DNA of 30,576 nucleotides from Eubacteriales bacterium (lineage in GTDB: Bacteria > Bacillota > Clostridia > Oscillospirales > CAG-382). Position numbers and translations under genes: made by a program. Under the pieces are notes generated by a model, which was not told where the DNA came from, ran no database searches, and saw nothing but the letters and a program-made list of their open reading frames with translations. Of this stretch, positions 19,026 through 27,418 are shown one piece after another (the first letter of the stretch is position 1; each line of letters begins with the position of its first letter). Where the stretch lies: contig JAZUQW010000135.1 of the NCBI GenBank assembly GCA_045605905.1, positions 1 through 30,576 of the forward strand, read 5' to 3'.

Positions 19026-20246
19026 ATGAAAAAAGTTTGCGTTATCGGCGGCGGGGCGGCAGGTATGATGGCCGCATATTTTGCCGCCTGCGGCGGTGCG
19101 GAAGTGTATCTTGCGGAAAAAAATGATTTCTGCGGCAAAAAAATAAATATTACAGGCAAGGGACGTTGTAATCTCACCAATTTGTGTGACGTTTCGGAGT
19201 TTATAAAAAACGTGCCCACCAATCCTCGGTTCTTATATAAAGCTCTTAATAATTTGTCACCCGAGGATACAATGACGCTTTTTGAAGGCTTTGGTGTTCC
19301 TCTTAAGGTAGAGCGCGGCAGACGTGTTTTCCCGGTCAGCGATAAGGCTGCGGATGTATCGACGGCATTGAAAAACGCCTGTGCCGATGCAGGCGTTAAG
19401 ATAATACACGGTAAGGTTAGCGGTATCAACGTAAAAGATAATGCCGTTGCTTCCGTAAGCTTCAGCGGTGGCAAAGTGCTTGCCTGCGATGGCTGTATTG
19501 TGGCAACCGGCGGCGCATCTTATCCCCGCACAGGCAGTGACGGTGACGGATACCGTTTTGCAAAATCCCTTGGGCATACCGTTATACCATTAAGTCCTTC
19601 CTTGGTGCCCTTGGTTACGGAAGAGCCTTGGTGTGCCCAATGTATGGGGTTGTCACTGAAAAACGTTAATTTAAGCTTTTACCGTGACGGAAAAGAGCTG
19701 TTTAACGAGCAAGGGGAGATGCTGTTTACTCATTTTGGCATTAGTGGTCCCTTGGTGCTTTCGGCTTCTGCCCATTTGGGCGACTGTGTGGGGGTAAAAG
19801 GTATAATAGACCTTAAGCCTGCTTTGGATTTTGAAATGCTTGATAAGCGAATACTGCGGGATTTTGCCGAAACCAAAAACAAAGATTTTGCCAACAGTCT
19901 GTCGGATTTACTGCCCCAAAAGCTTATACCAATAGTGGTACAGCAAAGCGGTATACCGCCCCACAAAAAAGTGAATTCTGTTACCAAGGAAGAACGTCGC
20001 GCTTTAGCGGAGCTTATAAAGGGGTTAAAACTTACGGTAACAGGTAAGCGCCCCATAGACGAGGCTATAGTAACCGCCGGCGGTGTATCTGTAAAAGAAA
20101 TAAACCCATCTACTATGGAGTCAAAGCTTATAAGCGGATTGTTTTTTGCAGGCGAGGTTATAGATGTGGATGCCTATACAGGCGGATACAATCTTCAGAT
20201 TGCTTTTTCCACAGGTGCTTTGGCGGGGGAAAATGCCGCGTTGTAA
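19026..20246 (+). CDS. HI0933/BaiN-family NAD(P)/FAD-dependent flavoprotein
   Basis: VIGGGAAGM, GKKI.ITGKGRCN.TN, ATGG.SYP.TGS.GDGY, VTAGGV, GEV.DVD..TGGYNLQ.AFSTG. Start moved to ATG 19026 (MKKV). Confidence 0.9.
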   Translation: MKKVCVIGGGAAGMMAAYFAACGGAEVYLAEKNDFCGKKINITGKGRCNLTNLCDVSEFIKNVPTNPRFLYKALNNLSPEDTMTLFEGFGVPLKVERGRRVFPVSDKAADVSTALKNACADAGVKIIHGKVSGINVKDNAVASVSFSGGKVLACDGCIVATGGASYPRTGSDGDGYRFAKSLGHTVIPLSPSLVPLVTEEPWCAQCMGLSLKNVNLSFYRDGKELFNEQGEMLFTHFGISGPLVLSASAHLGDCVGVKGIIDLKPALDFEMLDKRILRDFAETKNKDFANSLSDLLPQKLIPIVVQQSGIPPHKKVNSVTKEERRALAELIKGLKLTVTGKRPIDEAIVTAGGVSVKEINPSTMESKLISGLFFAGEVIDVDAYTGGYNLQIAFSTGALAGENAAL

Positions 20247-20265
20247 TTGTATATAAAATACAGAA

Positions 20266-20300
20266 GCGTGTCGGCAAAGTTCAGCCGACACGCGTTTTTT
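20266..20300 (+). terminator. Intrinsic terminator after the HI0933 gene
   Basis: GCGTGTCGGC-N8-GCCGACACGC followed by GTTTTTT. Confidence 0.75.
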
Positions 20301-20380
20301 GTCTGGGTCCCCAAGAAATCGTCAGATTTCTTGGGGTGATTGTCTGGGTCCCCGAGAAGTCGTCAGACTTCTTGGGGTGA
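20299..20380 (+). repeat. Two more tandem 41-bp copies of the REP-like unit
   Basis: TTGTCTGGGTCCCCAAGAAATCGTCAGATTTCTTGGGGTGA and TTGTCTGGGTCCCCGAGAAGTCGTCAGACTTCTTGGGGTGA. Confidence 0.9.
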
Positions 20381-20420
20381 TTGTTAATGGATTCGGGGAT
20401 ACGATTGCCCCAACACCTCT

Positions 20421-20450
20421 ATAATAGCAAATGCAGAAGCTAAATGTCAA
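20421..20450 (-). promoter_or_regulatory. Sigma-A-like promoter pointing into the repeat pair
   Basis: Minus strand TTGACA, 18 bp, TATTAT with extended TG. Confidence 0.5.
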
Positions 20451-20535
20451 TGGCGTTTGTGAAATTTTAGGGCAAAATTACCAACAATCTCCGCTTTGCA
20501 CAAAAATATTTTATTAATTTTGTATAAAATGTGTA

Positions 20536-20564
20536 TTGTATTTGGGGTAAAACTGTGTTATTAT
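20536..20564 (+). promoter_or_regulatory. Sigma-A-like promoter with no long ORF downstream
   Basis: TTGTAT (20536-20541), 17 bp, TATTAT (20559-20564) with TG at 20556-20557. Confidence 0.55.
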
Positions 20565-20570
20565 AAAGCC

Positions 20571-20940
20571 ACAGGAAGGGTGAGTCCAATGAACACAAAA
20601 AGACAGGACCCCAAAGTAACAGGCAGGTAGTTGCCGCCACCCATGGCTAACAGCCAAATAACGTTGTTATAGGCGGTGCGCTTGTTACGACATATAAGGG
20701 GTGGGAAGATGTTACAACACCGTATAAGTTTTTAGCACGTTTTTCGATTGCCGGCAGTTTTTCTTACTTAAAAGAAATTAACCAAGGTTAAAATAGATAA
20801 GCGGCAATAAAAGTAAACAGCGCAAAAACAAAGACGGTGCAAACGACAGAAAGAGAGGTAGCCAATGATGTTAGATACCAAGATTGAACTGAAATAACCC
20901 TTGATTGCGTAAAGAAGCAGTCAAGGGTTATTTCTTTTTT
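20571..20940 (+). ncRNA. Candidate small RNA or short-peptide transcript (about 370 nt)
   Basis: Bounded by a promoter and a strong terminator; only ORFs of about 20 codons or fewer seen on this strand within it; nested stems at 20616-20688. Confidence 0.35.
20891..20940 (+). terminator. Strong intrinsic terminator
   Basis: GAAATAACCCTTGATTGC / GCAGTCAAGGGTTATTTC 18-bp stem followed by TTTTTT. Confidence 0.75.
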
Positions 20941-20961
20941 GCGGTGTCTTTTGGCAAACTC

Positions 20962-21004
20962 GAAAATAAAAGGGCTTTTCGGATGCGTTGCCGAAAAGCC
21001 CTTT
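20962..21004 (-). terminator. Terminator of the rubrerythrin gene
   Basis: AAAGGGCTTTTCGG / CCGAAAAGCCCTTT stem with a T-rich tail on the minus strand. Confidence 0.75.
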
Positions 21005-21017
21005 GGTATTGTCCTTA

Positions 21018-21551
21018 TTAATAGTTTTCTTTTCTTACTTCGAAAAAGCTTTGAGGATGTGCGCAAACAGGACACATACCGGGTGCCTTTTTGCCGATTA
21101 CCAAATGACCGCAATTGCGGCATTCCCACATAATTTCTTCGCTTTTTTCAAATACTGCTTGCATATCAACATTGTTAAGAAGCTTGCGATAGCGTCCCTC
21201 GTGGGATTTTTCTATAGCGGCAACCATGCGGAATTGAGCGGCAAGTGCCTTAAAGCCTTCTTCTTCCGCCTCCTTTGCAAAACGGTCGTACATATCCGTC
21301 CACTCATAGTTTTCACCCTCTGCAGCGTGAAGCAGGTTTTCAGAGGTGTTGCCAAGCTCGCCAAGTGCTTTGAACCAAAGTTTTGCGTGTTCTTTTTCGT
21401 TATCGGCAGTCTTTTGGAAAATCTCTGCTATCTGTTCATAACCTTCCTTTTTTGCAACGGATGCAAAATAGGTATACTTGTTTCTTGCCTGGCTTTCGCC
21501 CGCAAAAGCTTCCCACAAATTCTTTTCGGTTTTTGTACCCTTAAGTTCCAT
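21018..21551 (-). CDS. rbr: Rubrerythrin
   Basis: [44 protein letters not shown]...CPVCAHP. Start at ATG 21551 with a GGAGG RBS. Confidence 0.93.
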   Translation of the reverse strand: MELKGTKTEKNLWEAFAGESQARNKYTYFASVAKKEGYEQIAEIFQKTADNEKEHAKLWFKALGELGNTSENLLHAAEGENYEWTDMYDRFAKEAEEEGFKALAAQFRMVAAIEKSHEGRYRKLLNNVDMQAVFEKSEEIMWECRNCGHLVIGKKAPGMCPVCAHPQSFFEVRKENY

Positions 21552-21587
21552 AATAGCCTCCATAAAAAGTTCTTTATTCATACGTGA

Positions 21588-21616
21588 ATTATAGCAAATA
21601 ATTATTGCCATTGCAA
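21588..21616 (-). promoter_or_regulatory. Sigma-A promoter for rubrerythrin with an AT palindrome in the spacer
   Basis: Minus strand TTGCAA, 17 bp, TATAAT with extended TG; AATAATTATT at 21597-21606. Confidence 0.65.
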
Positions 21617-21626
21617 GCCCTTTTTG

Positions 21627-21655
21627 TTGACAAAAATCGAAAAGAGTGTTAATAT
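21627..21655 (+). promoter_or_regulatory. Sigma-A promoter for polA
   Basis: TTGACA (21627-21632), 17 bp, TAATAT with extended TG. Confidence 0.55.
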
Positions 21656-21697
21656 ATAATAAGTTTATTGTGTCATTTTGGAAAGGTAGGTCAAGCT

Positions 21698-24217
21698 GTG
21701 GCAAAAATAGTAATTTTTGATGGTAACAGCATACTTAACAGGGCGTATTACGGCATTCGTCCTTTAAGCACCGCTACGGGTATACCCACCAACGGCGTAT
21801 ACGGGTTTATGGGTATCATCCTTAAAAACTTAAAAATGTGCGGTGAGGTCGACTATGGAGCAGTAGCCTTTGATTTGCGTGCACCCACCTTTAGGCACAA
21901 GATGTTTGACGGTTATAAAGCCAACCGTCACGGTATGCCCGACGATCTTGCGGCACAGTTGCCCTACGCCAAGCAGGCGGCAGAGCTTTTGGGGCTTAAG
22001 GTTTTGGAAAAAGAGGGCTATGAGGCGGACGATATTCTCGGTACCCTTGCGGCAAAGGCCTGTGCAGAGGGGATGGAATGTGTTATAGTTACGGGTGATA
22101 AGGACAGCCTTCAGCTTATAAACGATTGCACTACAGTATATCTCGCAGCTACCAACGAGACAAAGATATTCGACCGTGTCGCCTTTAACGAAAAATACGG
22201 CGTCCAACCCGAAGTGTTTGTGGATGTTAAGGCACTTATGGGTGACAGCAGTGATAATATCCCCGGCGTAAAGGGCATAGGAGAAAAGGGTGCCCTTAAG
22301 CTTATTTCGCAGTACGGAAGTCTTGACGGTGTTTATGCCGCCGCAGACGAAATAAAGGGCAGCGTTGGTGAAAAACTGCGTGCGGATAAAGAAAACGCGT
22401 ATTTAAGTCAAAAGCTTGCGGCTATTTGCAAGGATGTTCCCTTAGAGCTACAGCTTTCCGATTGTATTATACAGCGCCGAGATAAGGAGCTTTATGAGCT
22501 TTGTATGCAGTTAGAGCTTAACGGCATAGCAGAGCGCTTGGGGCTTAAGGCAGAGGACACAGCCACACAGATCAAGGAAGAAGAATTTAAGTTATTAAGC
22601 TCCAAGGAAGCGGCGTTGGAATATAAAACTGCCCAAAAGGTTTATATATACGTGTGTGACGGGCAGGTGTATGCCACAGACGGAAGGGGCGTAAATATAT
22701 GTACCCCCTTTGAAGAATCAGAGGCTTTTTTTGAGGCTGTTGCCTCAAATGCAGTTTTTTGGATGTACAAAGAAGCGGCAAACGCGGCGCATACAGCGGG
22801 CTTTGAAATAAAGCGCCCGCTTGGTGATGTTTCTTTGCTTGTTTATTTGCTAAACCCCTTGGAGGGCGGACAAAGTACCCCCTTAAGGGCGGCTAAAGCC
22901 CTTGGTTTATTTGACGGGGAGAAAGACCCCAAGAGAGAAACGCTTATGTTGCCTGTTCTTGAGGAAACACTTTTAGAGCAAGCGGCAATGGCGGGGCTTA
23001 TGCATTGGTATCATATCGAGCTTAAGCTTTCCGCAGTGCTTTTGGAGATGGAGCGTGTAGGCGTTAAGGTAGACCGCGGTGGGCTTGAAGAGTATTCTCG
23101 CTTTTTGGCACAGCGTATGGAAGAGGCGGAACAAGCCGTTTATATGCTGGCGGGGGAGGAGTTTAATATAAACTCTCCCAAGCAGCTTTCGGTAATACTC
23201 TTTGAAAAGCTGGGTTTGCCTCATTTTAAAAAGACCAAAAGCGGCTATTCCACCGATGTGGATGTTATGGAAAAACTGCGCCGCCATCACCCCATAATAG
23301 ATTTGATATTAAGCTACCGTCAGTTTGCCAAGCTTAAAAGCACTTATGCGGACGGTTTGGTTAAGGCGATAGACCAAAGGGACGGCAGAATACACAGCAC
23401 CTTTAAGCAGACCTTGACTATGACGGGCAGGCTTTCTTCTGTGGACCCCAATTTGCAAAACATCCCCGTGCGTACAGAGCTTGGTAAGGTGTTCCGCAAG
23501 TTTTTTGTGGCAGAGGAGGGTATGGTGCTTATAGATGCAGACTATTCTCAAATAGAACTGCGTGTACTTGCCCATCTTTCGGGTGACGAAAATTTGATAG
23601 AGGCATTCCGTAATGGGGAGGATGTACACGCCGCCACCGCATCCAAGGTGTTTGGTGTACCCCTTGACAGCGTTACAGAGGAGCAAAGAAAAAGGGCAAA
23701 GGCGGTAAACTTTGGCGTTATTTACGGTATAAGCGCATTTTCCTTGGCAGAGGATATAGGCGTAAGCCGCAAGGAAGCGCAGACCTATATTGACAATTAT
23801 TTTAAAAGCCATCCGGCTATAAAGGAATATCTTGATAACACCGTTAAAAAGGCGAAGGAGGACGGGTACGTAAGTACCGCCTTTATGCGCCGCAGAAACA
23901 TACCGGAGCTTAAGGCGAAAAACAGAAACCTGCAAGCTTTTGGTGAGCGTGTGGCGATGAACACTCCCATACAGGGCACCGCCGCAGATATAATAAAAAA
24001 GGCTATGGTAGAAACCGATGCCGCTCTTAAAGAAGCAGGGCTTAAGGCAAGGCTTATATTACAGATACACGACGAGCTGATAGTGGAAGCACCCGTGGAA
24101 GAGGCAGAAGCCGCGGCGGCCATTCTTAAGGATAAGATGGAAAACAGAGTAAAGCTTGGCATTGTGCCGTTAGTAGCCGATGCCCATATAGGCAAAAGCT
24201 GGTTTGATGCAAAATAG
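21698..24217 (+). CDS. polA: DNA polymerase I
   Basis: 5'-3' exonuclease motifs ([27 protein letters not shown]) and Pol A motifs ([39 protein letters not shown]). GTG start at 21698 preferred. Confidence 0.97.
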   Translation: MAKIVIFDGNSILNRAYYGIRPLSTATGIPTNGVYGFMGIILKNLKMCGEVDYGAVAFDLRAPTFRHKMFDGYKANRHGMPDDLAAQLPYAKQAAELLGLKVLEKEGYEADDILGTLAAKACAEGMECVIVTGDKDSLQLINDCTTVYLAATNETKIFDRVAFNEKYGVQPEVFVDVKALMGDSSDNIPGVKGIGEKGALKLISQYGSLDGVYAAADEIKGSVGEKLRADKENAYLSQKLAAICKDVPLELQLSDCIIQRRDKELYELCMQLELNGIAERLGLKAEDTATQIKEEEFKLLSSKEAALEYKTAQKVYIYVCDGQVYATDGRGVNICTPFEESEAFFEAVASNAVFWMYKEAANAAHTAGFEIKRPLGDVSLLVYLLNPLEGGQSTPLRAAKALGLFDGEKDPKRETLMLPVLEETLLEQAAMAGLMHWYHIELKLSAVLLEMERVGVKVDRGGLEEYSRFLAQRMEEAEQAVYMLAGEEFNINSPKQLSVILFEKLGLPHFKKTKSGYSTDVDVMEKLRRHHPIIDLILSYRQFAKLKSTYADGLVKAIDQRDGRIHSTFKQTLTMTGRLSSVDPNLQNIPVRTELGKVFRKFFVAEEGMVLIDADYSQIELRVLAHLSGDENLIEAFRNGEDVHAATASKVFGVPLDSVTEEQRKRAKAVNFGVIYGISAFSLAEDIGVSRKEAQTYIDNYFKSHPAIKEYLDNTVKKAKEDGYVSTAFMRRRNIPELKAKNRNLQAFGERVAMNTPIQGTAADIIKKAMVETDAALKEAGLKARLILQIHDELIVEAPVEEAEAAAAILKDKMENRVKLGIVPLVADAHIGKSWFDAK

Positions 24218-24234
24218 AAAGGTAGGGACACAAT

Positions 24235-25776
24235 ATGATTGATTTAAAGGGCAGAAAAGCAAGGATGTTGCTTGTGTACCCGGATTATACGGATAGAGAT
24301 TTAAAAACAAAACAAAGCGGCGGCAATTACAGCGAAGGTTTGGCTTCTATTTCCGCAGTGCTTAAGCAGGGCGGACACAGCGTAGAGCTGTTGCATCTAT
24401 TGTATTTGCACGAGGAAGAGGATTATAAAAACAAACTGCGCGCAAAGGGCGAGTTTGATATTATAGGCTTTTCTATACGCACAACCGCTTTTCCCGATTG
24501 CAAGCAGTATATAAAGTGGACAAAAGAGGTTTACCCCGATGTATTTATAACCTGCGGAAGCTATCACTGTACCTTGGTACCCGATGAGGTTATGGCGGTT
24601 GACGGGGTGGATTGCGTGTGTATTGGCGACGGCGAGTATGCCGACCTTGAGCTTTGCGATAAAATGACCGCGGGCGAAGACTATACAAACGTGGAAAGTA
24701 TGTGGTTTAAGCTTCCCGACGGCAGTATAAAGAAAAACCCCGTACGCCCTCTGTTTGCGGATTTGGATCGTCTGCCCATCCCCGATTTCGACCTTTTTGA
24801 CTATGCAAACCTTGAAAGCGTAAAGGTAGATACGGCAATAGTGGTGGTAAGCCGCGGTTGCTTTTATAACTGTACCTATTGCGGCAACGGCAATTTCCGC
24901 AAGGTGTATCCCAACAAAAAGATATATGCTCGTTTTCGCAGCCCCGAAAACGCTATCCTTTATTTAAAGACTTTGCTTTCCAAATATCCAAATATAAAAT
25001 ACATTAATTTCCGTGACGCTATATTTAATATGTTCCCCGATTGGTTCGATAAGTTTATCGAGCTGTATAAGCAGGAAATACATCTGCCCTGTACAGGTAA
25101 TATACGTTTTGATATTCTTACCGAGGATACCGTTCGCAAGATGAAGGAGGCAGGCTTCTACACCATAGATATGGGTCTTGAAAGCGGCGACCAAGAAATG
25201 CGCTTTAAGTATCTTAAGCGTTTCCAAACCGATGAAATGATGATAAACTGCAGTCAGTGGTTCCATAAGTACGGCATCGCCCAGCTTACTTATAACATAA
25301 TCGGTTTGCCTTTTGAAACCATAGAACGCGCCCTTAAGACCATAAAGCTTAACGCCCGTATGAAGAGTGATAGGGTAATACCCAATATTTTCTATCCCTA
25401 TCCCGGCACAAAGCTTCACGACATATCTAAAGAGGCGGGCTTCTTGCCGGAGGTTATCTCCCCCGATACTCGCGTTCCCTTGGTTCAACCCGACTTTCCG
25501 GAGCATGAGGTGTTGTTTATAGAGGCGTATTTTATGCACTATGTAAAACGCTATAAAAAGGCGTTTGCCAAGGGCGGCAAGCGGGGCGAGCGTATGGAAA
25601 AACGACTTGACAAGGCTATTACTCAACGCAGTGTGGGCAGCTACAAGCGCAGGGTATGGATTCATGACAGATATACCTCTGTTCGTAACGGGCTTAAAAA
25701 TTTCCTTGTAAACTGCATGCCCAAGTTTTACCTTTTCTTACGCCGTCAAAAGCATAAGAAGAAGGCGCAGGCTTAA
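24235..25776 (+). CDS. B12-binding-domain radical SAM protein
   Basis: N-terminal Y.EGLASISAVLK..GH, G.YH.TL.P.E, GDGE; SRGCFYNCTYC (CxxxCxxC); GLESG. Confidence 0.85.
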   Translation: MIDLKGRKARMLLVYPDYTDRDLKTKQSGGNYSEGLASISAVLKQGGHSVELLHLLYLHEEEDYKNKLRAKGEFDIIGFSIRTTAFPDCKQYIKWTKEVYPDVFITCGSYHCTLVPDEVMAVDGVDCVCIGDGEYADLELCDKMTAGEDYTNVESMWFKLPDGSIKKNPVRPLFADLDRLPIPDFDLFDYANLESVKVDTAIVVVSRGCFYNCTYCGNGNFRKVYPNKKIYARFRSPENAILYLKTLLSKYPNIKYINFRDAIFNMFPDWFDKFIELYKQEIHLPCTGNIRFDILTEDTVRKMKEAGFYTIDMGLESGDQEMRFKYLKRFQTDEMMINCSQWFHKYGIAQLTYNIIGLPFETIERALKTIKLNARMKSDRVIPNIFYPYPGTKLHDISKEAGFLPEVISPDTRVPLVQPDFPEHEVLFIEAYFMHYVKRYKKAFAKGGKRGERMEKRLDKAITQRSVGSYKRRVWIHDRYTSVRNGLKNFLVNCMPKFYLFLRRQKHKKKAQA

Positions 25777-25778
25777 TT

Positions 25779-26615
25779 ATGGCAGGTACTCTTTATATTG
25801 TTCCCACTCCTATAGGAAATATGGGTGATGTCAGCAAGCGGGTAGAAGAGGTTTTGCGCTCCGTTGACTTTGTTGTGTGCGAGGATACACGTATAGGCGG
25901 CAAGTTTTTGTTTTTGCTGGATATAAAAAAAGAACTTGTCAGCCATCACGAGCATAACAAAAAGCAAAGCGCAAAGTATATTGCAAACCGCCTTTTGATG
26001 GGGGAAAGCTGTGCGCTTATAAGCGATGCTGGCACTCCTGCCGTATCCGACCCCGGTGAGGAAGCTGTTCGCTGTTGTTTGGATGCGGGCGTGACCGTAG
26101 TACCGTTGCCCGGCCCTTGTGCGGCGGTGTGTGCATTGTCTGCTTCGGGGCTTCCTTCCCGCAGGTTTGTTTTTGAAGGCTTTTTGCCGGATAAAGGTAA
26201 GGAGAGGGCAGAGCGGCTGTCTGCCTTGGCAAAGGAGCAGAGAACAGCTATTGTATACAGCACTCCCCACGATATAGCCAAGGACGCCGTTGCACTTTTT
26301 GAAGCCTTGGGCAACAGAAGGGTAACGGTATGTAGGGAGCTGACAAAGCTTAACGAGCAGATATGTACAACCAAGCTTAAGAATTTGTCCCAACAGTTGG
26401 CAGATGGCATAATCCCCGCCAAGGGTGAATTTGCGCTTGTTATAGAGGGCGCGGATAAGGATGCGCTTTATGTGGATGCGTTTTGGGCGGATATGGATGT
26501 GGAAACCCACGTTGAACATTATATATCTCTGGGCTTTTCGAAAATGGATGCTATTAAGAAAACAGCCAAGGACCGTGGCGTTCCCAAGGGCGAAATATAT
26601 GAGTTTTTCAAATAA
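25779..26615 (+). CDS. rsmI: 16S rRNA (cytidine1402-2'-O)-methyltransferase
   Basis: LYIVPTPIGNMGD, CEDTR, SDAGTP.VSDPG, PLPGPCA, F.FEGFLP, RELTKL.E, KGEF. Confidence 0.93.
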   Translation: MAGTLYIVPTPIGNMGDVSKRVEEVLRSVDFVVCEDTRIGGKFLFLLDIKKELVSHHEHNKKQSAKYIANRLLMGESCALISDAGTPAVSDPGEEAVRCCLDAGVTVVPLPGPCAAVCALSASGLPSRRFVFEGFLPDKGKERAERLSALAKEQRTAIVYSTPHDIAKDAVALFEALGNRRVTVCRELTKLNEQICTTKLKNLSQQLADGIIPAKGEFALVIEGADKDALYVDAFWADMDVETHVEHYISLGFSKMDAIKKTAKDRGVPKGEIYEFFK

Positions 26616-26623
26616 TACAATTT

Positions 26624-26670
26624 AAAAGAATAACACCCGATGTCTTAAAGTCATCGGGTGTTATTCTTTT
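26624..26670. terminator. Bidirectional terminator between rsmI and the XRE gene
   Basis: Perfect 19-bp stem AAAAGAATAACACCCGATG / CATCGGGTGTTATTCTTTT. Confidence 0.8.
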
Positions 26671-26861
26671 ACAAATTCAATGATATCTTCTACTTTACAG
26701 TCCAGTGAATAACAAAGAGCATCCAAGGTTTTTGTGCTGATTGCCTCTCCTTTTTTTATGCGATGTATGGTATGAGCAGAAAAGCCTTGTTTAAATATGA
26801 GATTGTATTCGGTTATGCCTTTTTTAAAAAGAGTATTGTAAAAAGGTTTATAGCTTATCAT
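26661..26861 (-). CDS. Small XRE/Cro-C1 HTH regulator (HTH_26-like)
   Basis: ISYKP...L.KKG.T.Y.L...G.S..TI.RIKKGE.IST.TLD.LC..LDC.VEDIIE pattern. Confidence 0.85.
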   Translation of the reverse strand: MISYKPFYNTLFKKGITEYNLIFKQGFSAHTIHRIKKGEAISTKTLDALCYSLDCKVEDIIEFVKE

Positions 26862-26898
26862 TTTATCACCAAAAATTTATCGTTGAGAAGATTTTATC

Positions 26899-26939
26899 AT
26901 ACTCAACCTCTTGACAATACTCAATAAATTGAGTATAAT
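26899..26939 (+). promoter_or_regulatory. Consensus promoter with a palindromic operator filling its spacer
   Basis: TTGACA (26911-26916), 17 bp, TATAAT (26934-26939); ATACTCAA-taaa-TTGAGTAT at 26917-26936; extra ATACTCAA half-site at 26899-26906. Confidence 0.75.
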
Positions 26940-26972
26940 GTCGATATAAACTAAATTTTAGGAGGATTTGTT

Positions 26973-27329
26973 ATGAACAACCCCAACTATTCCGGTATGT
27001 CAAATCAGGGCTATCAGCCCGTGCCCCCTCGTGCTCCAATTAACAGTATGGCAATTGCTTCGCTTGTGTGTGGCATCATTGCTATAATACTGTTTTGGAT
27101 TCCGTATGTAAACATAGCATCTTTGGTGCTTTCTATTATCGGCATTGTGTGTGGCGCAACAGGTATGAAAAAGGCAAGACTTTCCGGTACCGGTAACGGC
27201 ATGGCGGTTGCAGGTCTCGTTATTAGTATCATAGCACTTGTTTTCAGCGCTATAGGCTTGTTTACTTGTACTATTTGCGTATGTACTGCTGAAAACGCTG
27301 CCAGAAATGTTTATTATTCTTCTTTTTAA
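26973..27329 (+). CDS. DUF4190-type small membrane protein
   Basis: NSMAIASLVCGIIA...IVCG..G.......G.GMAVAGLVISII; AGGAGG RBS. Confidence 0.75.
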   Translation: MNNPNYSGMSNQGYQPVPPRAPINSMAIASLVCGIIAIILFWIPYVNIASLVLSIIGIVCGATGMKKARLSGTGNGMAVAGLVISIIALVFSAIGLFTCTICVCTAENAARNVYYSSF

Positions 27330-27348
27330 TCAGGGTTTTAAGACACAA

Positions 27349-27384
27349 AATGCCGTCGAAAGACAAATGCCTTTCGACGGCATT
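27349..27384 (+). terminator. Terminator after the DUF4190 gene
   Basis: AATGCCGTCGAAAG / CTTTCGACGGCATT 14-bp stem. Confidence 0.65.
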
Positions 27385-27418
27385 CTTGTAATTCACATAC
27401 AGTCTTGGAGGCGATGTT

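Noticed and set aside
20788-20865. Hydrophobic minus-strand peptide (LATSLSVVCTVFVFALFTFIAAYLF) as a type I toxin antisense to the candidate sRNA
   Set aside because: No RBS before the possible TTG and no minus-strand promoter; it lies beyond the rubrerythrin terminator. Hydrophobicity follows from the A-rich plus strand.
20571-20940. T-box leader, tmRNA, RNase P or SRP RNA
   Set aside because: No GGTGGNACC T-box (only GGGGTGGGAAG), no tmRNA acceptor ends, no GAGGAAAGTCC, no SRP core, and no downstream gene to regulate.
18873-21704. Long N-terminal extensions of the HI0933 protein (from 18873) and rubrerythrin (from 21704)
   Set aside because: The extensions cross promoters and neighbouring genes; family-typical starts with an RBS are at 19026 and 21551.
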